Shown here: positions 58,055-64,000 of the stretch, piece after piece
How positions within the stretch are numbered: the first letter of the stretch is position 1
How the letters are laid out: the number at the start of each line of letters is the position of its first letter
Source of the DNA: Octopus vulgaris
Lineage: Eukaryota
Reading direction: 5' to 3'
DNA length: 64,000 nt
Assembly (NCBI GenBank): GCA_951406725.2
Contig: OX597815.1
Location: 178,002,001 to 178,066,000, forward strand
Made by a program: the position numbers and the translations under genes
Notes under the pieces: model-generated
Seen by the model: the letters and a program-made list of their open reading frames with translations, nothing else
The model's database searches: none
Told to the model about the DNA's origin: nothing

Positions 58055-58720
58055 ATTAACGTCTTGTGGTGGTGGGGCTCTTCATCTTGTCTCTGTTTCT
58101 GCGAGACAATAACTGCGAGGCGTCCGAAATCTTTAAAAGATTTGGACGTGCTGGGGCAGTCCTGACCAGACCTGGCTTTTCGCTCATGGACCACAGTGTT
58201 TGACGCAGCAGATATCTGAGCGCGAGGACAGAGGTTTGAGTCTTCAAGTCTTTGGTCAAACTTGTTTTGTTATATAGTTGCGACACTTGTACACTGCCTG
58301 GGACCCTTAGGGGGTCACCCGAGCTCTTTCAGCAGTAGGCACGCTCGCAGCTTTAGGACTTCCCATTGGTCGTATTTTGTATCCAACCAACAGCCCCACT
58401 CAGAAACTGGTCTGCATTCTGTTACCTGCACGATTCGGAAGCCTTAACACAGATTGTTTGGTCGTTTTGCTTGATTTTCCGAGTTGGATCCTGCGTATTG
58501 TTCCCTTGTTTGGAGATCCAGCTGGGATGCCGATTCCTGTTGATCGACCAGAAGCCACATGGTTACGGCGGACGAAGATGTGTCTCGCAGCGATGGCGAT
58601 TCACTGGGATGGTGCTCGGTGAGTTGCCAGGGACGACCCGAGCAAATCCCTACAAGTGGTGGATGCAGTAACATGCTGCAACGGCACATGAATCAAGCCT
58701 TGACATGACCTTTGGAATAG
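58055..58720 (-). pseudogene. possible decayed RTE-type LINE 3' fragment
   Basis: GC-rich island. Minus-strand fragments GHV..., LLHPPLVG..SGRP and Cys/His-containing C-terminal pieces resemble RTE ORF ends. Confidence 0.4.
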
Positions 58721-58807
58721 ATTTAATTTTAATACATGCTTCAGATCTACATATTCAAATCATTTTATTCATAATACAGTTCTATATTTAAGAGATGAGG
58801 AATTATG

Positions 58808-59099
58808 TACATTATTTACATTATTTGACGATATTTGTCCTCATCTTGTTTGTTAAGAGCGCGGGCTACTAACCCCATGATTCCGAGTTCGATTCCAGGC
58901 AGTGACCTGAATAATAATAATAATGATAATAATATAATAATAATAATAATAATAATAAAAACAATAAAAATAACATCGAAACATACGTTAGGAATGAGAA
59001 CTGAGTTTTGAAATTTCCCCAAGACCCCTGAAGAAGGCTGGAGAGTATATCAACAACAAGCAAGATGAGGACAAATATCCGTCAAATGTAAATAATGTA
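58808..59099 (+). mobile_element. composite element: inverted tail, tRNA-like head, (AAT)n, half hammerhead, tail
   Basis: 58808-58854 is the reverse complement of about 59052-59099. B box GAGTTCGATTCC at 58885-58896. CTGAAGA-A-GGCTG at 59028. Confidence 0.7.
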
Positions 59100-60290
59100 A
59101 ATTACCTTTTATCTATTGTTATTATTTTCCCTAGTTTTCTTGAAGACCGAATCTTTTACGATTTGTGTTATATCTCCCCCGGGATCGAATCTACCTCGGT
59201 TCAATACTATGCTGATAAAATAGACTAACTCTTCACGCCCTTTATCAGAATCTAAATTCTGTTAACGGCATATCATTTACAATTATTTATTTATGCATTC
59301 ATTTGTACATTTCTTACCTTTTTCTCTCTATCGCAGTATAATTATTACCTGTCGTCAGCAGTTCTAATAAATTTTATTTAGTAAGCAGACATCGTATTAA
59401 TACTGCACCCAGCTTATTTTTTCATGATCTTTGCCGGCTTCTGACCTGTATTCAATTCGTTCTTTCTACAGGGATTAAGAGCCGCTTATTCTACTCATTT
59501 GTTTGTCCAGTAGGTGGCGACACTGTTTTTTCTAAGGTATTCGTAAGGTGTTTAAAGATTCAGTTGTGGAAATTGAGGACTGCAGTTTTAGTAAACCAGG
59601 CCTTGCACAGACGGGCGAGATGTCTGTTTTACTTAGTGAAACAGGCGCTTAGCAAATTATTTACAACTTAACTATATAAACGCTTTCTGGTTCAATACAC
59701 GTCAATACACACCCGCACATATAAATGTGTATGTGTGTGGTTTGCTAGATGTATGTATGCATATTGTTAGGTGTATATTAATCAATACATATTTGATTAA
59801 GAAAGACGGTATATCAGTCAATACAAGATGAAAAAAGACAAACAAGTAAGTACATGGTTGTATTGATTAATTCACTGATTTATTGACCGATCAAGATATC
59901 AACATACAATTCGATCGCAGGCAAGATAACATGATAACATGTTGGTATCGATGCTTCACAATAATTAATCGATTTTAATTAGTTTGAGGAAAACATATCT
60001 ATATGCACCGAATATATATATTTCTAGCTTCAGTTCTCGGTGGTTTGAGAATAAATGGCAAGACAAGTTTAATGGAACGCTAGGAAATCTAATTACTGCT
60101 CAGATTAGATTTCATCAAGTCAGTGGAAAGTGGTAGCAGCAGCACTTTTAAAGAATCAGCTGGCACTGTTTGATAAATCTGCGTACGTCTCTTGCAATTC
60201 ATTGAATGTCCTTATAACAATGTCTGTAGATCTATTCATGTAGGTAGAATCACAATACTCTGGCACCAACACTGATATACACACGTACAT

Positions 60291-60323
<33 letters not shown>

Positions 60324-61484
60324 CACGCAGACAGAGACAACAAAGTGTAAGCAAACGAATCATACCGTAAACACTTTAAAATCACAAAGTGTGTGTGTGT
60401 ATAACTGTATAAAGTCTCTCTCACACACATATATATAATGTCCATAATGCATGCAAATATTTGCGTATACACAAATGTGTGTATGTGTATGTGCGCGCAT
60501 TTTTCAGTGAGAATGATTGTACATGTTTACAGAAGAGTGGCAAAACTTAAAATAGCATGGATGATAAGGAGAAAGGCTGAAGGTATTTTTATTTAAGTAA
60601 TGAAATTAAAGATAAACAGACCGGTAATGACACAAAATTTGAAAAGCTTTAAAATAAACAATCCGGTCCAAATTATTACCATCGATTCAAAATTATTCTT
60701 GCAGACAGTGGAATACTTCCCCAATTCTCCTGATTGTATATCAGATTCAATCAATTTGATGCCATTAGATTTCCGAGAGAATAGCCAGTAATTAAAAAAA
60801 AATTATGCAATTACAATTTGCGATTATAGCTTCAATGGATATTCTATAGGAAAATTATCAAAGATGTAAAGGTTGGTATCGAGATGCTAGCTGTTGTCCG
60901 CTTACCTCACGAGTAGAATTGATTAAGTACATTTCCAAAAGTAACCTCCGGTGATTATCTGCCAACGGTTTAATACATAATCCACATATACTCATTAACA
61001 ACATTATCACAGATGCATTTATTAACAAGGGCATCATAAAATTAAAAGAATTTCTAAGTTTATAGATTGAAATAACATTAAACATATATCCTCGAGACTC
61101 GAAACTACACACCATTCTTCTCTTCAGACTTGGTTTTCCTTTAAATCTGATCTGCGATTTTTTATTGGTTGTGCAAATTAACTTTTTTCTCATATATATA
61201 TATTTGCTGCATATATAAAAATGGAGATGACTATAGGGTTAATGATTCTATATTTTCGTGTATATTTTTAACTCCCATCCGTAAAATATATGTAAATCCA
61301 TCTGTTTTTTTTCATATTGTATATAAGAAGCGTGTTGGTATCCTACATGTCCCTTGTCTGTCCTTGTAACCCCCACCCTCTATGTAAACTTTTTATAGGT
61401 AAATAAAGAATTATATTCTATATTTTCGTTTTCAAGTCTTCGTAAGTATGCGGAAGCAATACGAATATAATGATTGTAATATTC

Positions 61485-61690
61485 GTTTCAAATTTTGGCA
61501 CAAGGCCAGCAAGTTCGAGATAGAGGATAAGTTGATTACATCGACACCAGTCCTCAAATTGTACATATTTTATCGACCTCGAAAGGATAAAAGGTAAAGT
61601 CGACTTCGTTGGAATTTGAACTGAGAATGTAAAAACCGACGAAATCATTTTGCCTCACCTGCTAACGATTCTGCCAGCTGGCTGCCTCAA
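61485..61690 (-). mobile_element. SINE-like family C
   Basis: TTTTGGCACAAGGCCAGC...GATTACATCGAC...AAAGTCGAC...GGAATTTGAACT...GCTAACGATTCTGCCAGCT. Confidence 0.88.
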
Positions 61691-61718
61691 ATAGTGCTTG
61701 TAATATTACTTCTCCGAT

Positions 61719-61930
61719 AGGTGGGGAGCTAGCAGAATCGATAGCACACTGGGCTAAATGCTTAGCAGCAGTGTCTTTGAGTTCGAATTCCGCCGAGGTC
61801 GACTTTGCCTTTCGTCCTTTCAGGGTCGATAAATTAAGCACCAGTTGCGTACTGAGGTTGATCTAATCGACTGGCCCCTCCCCACAAAAACAATTTCGGA
61901 CCTTGTGCCTAGAGTAGAAAAGAATATTGA
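61719..61930 (+). mobile_element. SINE-like family C
   Basis: GGTGGGGAGCTAGCAGAATCG (A box-like)...GAGTTCGAATTCCGCC (B box)...GGGTCGATAAATTAAG...CCTTGTGCCTAG. Confidence 0.88.
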
Positions 61931-63679
61931 TTCTCTGACTTGGTACATATCAAGAATATTAATATTATTTCGGTAATAACTTTTCACAGCAAAAGCTAAG
62001 ACGATATCATTTTTATTGCGTTAACCTTTTTTATGCGAAAATGATTATTTTAAAAATTCGTTCAATGTTTTGTAATTGTTTGATTTTAATTTAGCTTTGA
62101 AGTGTTTACTTTCAAAACCAGATATACGCATCGGGATTACTTTTGAGTTTAAAACAACAACTTGAATAGATCCGATTTTTTGATTGGAAGACTAAGATTC
62201 GCCTCCTGTCTATAATGGCGTCTATCCAGCAGCTTGCATTTTGCTTTTTAGTAATTATCATGAAATCGATCAAATATGCCCTTTTACCGGTTTTGATAAT
62301 AAGCTCCTCATACCGTGCTATGCATCACAGCAGCAAGAAGAGAGCACATTTGAACTGTTTTTTAAGTTGTGAAGGAAAGGCAAATTCACAACCAGAAGAT
62401 TTGAACTCAGGACGTAAAGGTTTCCATGCAAATATTACACAGTATAATGCCCAGCAAAACTATAAGTCTACCATGTTAGAATCGATCATAGGTTTGTGTC
62501 AGTAACCCACGATGAGTGTGACATCACCCGGTCGCAGGTTCGGAATTATGTTGTACGATTAAACTGAATGCTAACCAAATAAGTGACACTATGCTGACAC
62601 TAAATGCGCAGCAGCCCTGTGGCAGGTAGATGCAAACACACACACGCGCGCGCGTTTGCACACACTCGCGTACATACACTTATATGCATAATACACATAC
62701 AAACACACACACATATATATATGGCTCAGTGCTTAGAGCGTCGGGCTCACAATCATGAGGTAGTGACTTATATATCACTCCTGTTTTCATTATATAAAGT
62801 AAAAATATTACGTTGTACTCTTTTGTTTTACATTCTCTCATGCGAAGCCACACTTAGTAGAGAGACTGTTCTGAAATTATCTGCTGATTTAGACGTAACG
62901 CGCATATAATGGCTTCGGTTTTGCGAATTCTAAATTGATTGGAAGCATAAGCTTTGGCCACAGACATTTTTGGAATCGATAAAGCTTTTATAATGAACTG
63001 CAATACTTAGCATACTTATTTAATTAAGTTCTCCAAATTGGTATCGACATAATTTGAAATCATGGTAAGAGACATAGAAAGATCGTGTAAGACACATATT
63101 TTGTCCGGTGTTCCACCGATACTGCTGCCCATAGCGTATTTTTTATGTACTATAATTAACAGTTATTCAGACATTACGTGACAAATACTTCGATAAATAT
63201 TTTATTGCAGTTTTATAGAAAAATTTAGTCCATTGAAATTTGATTTTTATATACGTGTGAGTAAATTTCAAAGTTAATTAGCAATTAGACATAAAATTGT
63301 GTAAGCTGTAAATTAGTATGTTCCTTGCCGATATATTTCGACATTTTTTAATGTCTCGTTAACTTCTATTTCTTTAAAAAGTCAGCATATTAAAGAATTT
63401 AAAGAGCAGTAAGTTGTTTGAGAGAATCACCATAAGATGGTAAAGTCGCCTACATATGAGATACCAAACAAGAATTATTGAAATTCATACAATTCATTTA
63501 ATTCCATATATTATTTGAATTTTAGATAGATTTTATAAAAGAGTATTTAAAATTTAAAAAAAGAAGTTTTTGCTCAGGTTTGTAGGTTGGTTCGCGATGT
63601 ATTTACGTTCATGGAAGTAACATGTGCACCTCAACTTACGTAAAAGAGAAACCTTTATACTACACTAAGGTCTTCGACA

Positions 63680-63977
63680 GTGGAGACACATGGCCTAGTG
63701 CTTAGAGCAGCGGACTCGCAGTCGAGGGATCGCGGGTTCGAATCTCAGACCGGGCGATATGTGTATTTATGAGCTAAACACCTAAGCTCCACGCGGCTCC
63801 GGCAGAAGGTAACGGCGAACTTCTGCTGACTCTTTCGCCACAACTTTCTCTCTCTCTTTTTTCCTGCATCTTGCAGCGCACCTACGGCGGACCGACGTCC
63901 AGTCTAAGTGGGGAACCTATACGCCAAGGAAACCGGGAAACCGGCCCTTATGAGCTCGAGAAGGAACATACAAACAA
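63680..63977 (+). mobile_element. full-length tRNA-derived SINE (head A, tail Y) with 10-bp target-site duplication
   Basis: TGGCCTAGTGCTTAG (A box), GGGTTCGAATCTC (B box). GTCTTCGACA is repeated at 63670-63679 and 63978-63987. Confidence 0.92.
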
Positions 63978-64000
63978 GTCTTCGACAAATAAAATATGCA

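Overview
AT-rich, microsatellite-dense eukaryotic DNA with no confidently identifiable host gene. It reads as intronic or intergenic animal sequence, and the repeat repertoire suggests an octopus or other coleoid cephalopod (inference). Almost all six-frame ORFs are translated (TA)n/(CA)n/(TATG)n microsatellites. The one real long ORF is a 5'-truncated but uninterrupted CR1/L2-group LINE ORF2 (46382-49264, minus). The window also holds decayed RTE, Penelope-like (PLE), mariner and probable hAT remnants, plus many tRNA-derived SINEs that exchange head and tail modules. The most interesting signal is a dispersed set of minimal type I hammerhead ribozyme (HHR) motifs with palindromic helix III (17231, 24824, 28531, 55395, and decayed copies at 24916, 49566, 59028). 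They sit in short PLE-type terminal repeats that repeatedly form fold-back palindromes, and two of those palindromes appear to be centred on the HHR helix III. One element joins a Pol III tRNA-like head to a hammerhead-type tail. All calls are by eye. Boundaries of decayed repeats are approximate, and SINE family letters A-D are labels used only for this window.
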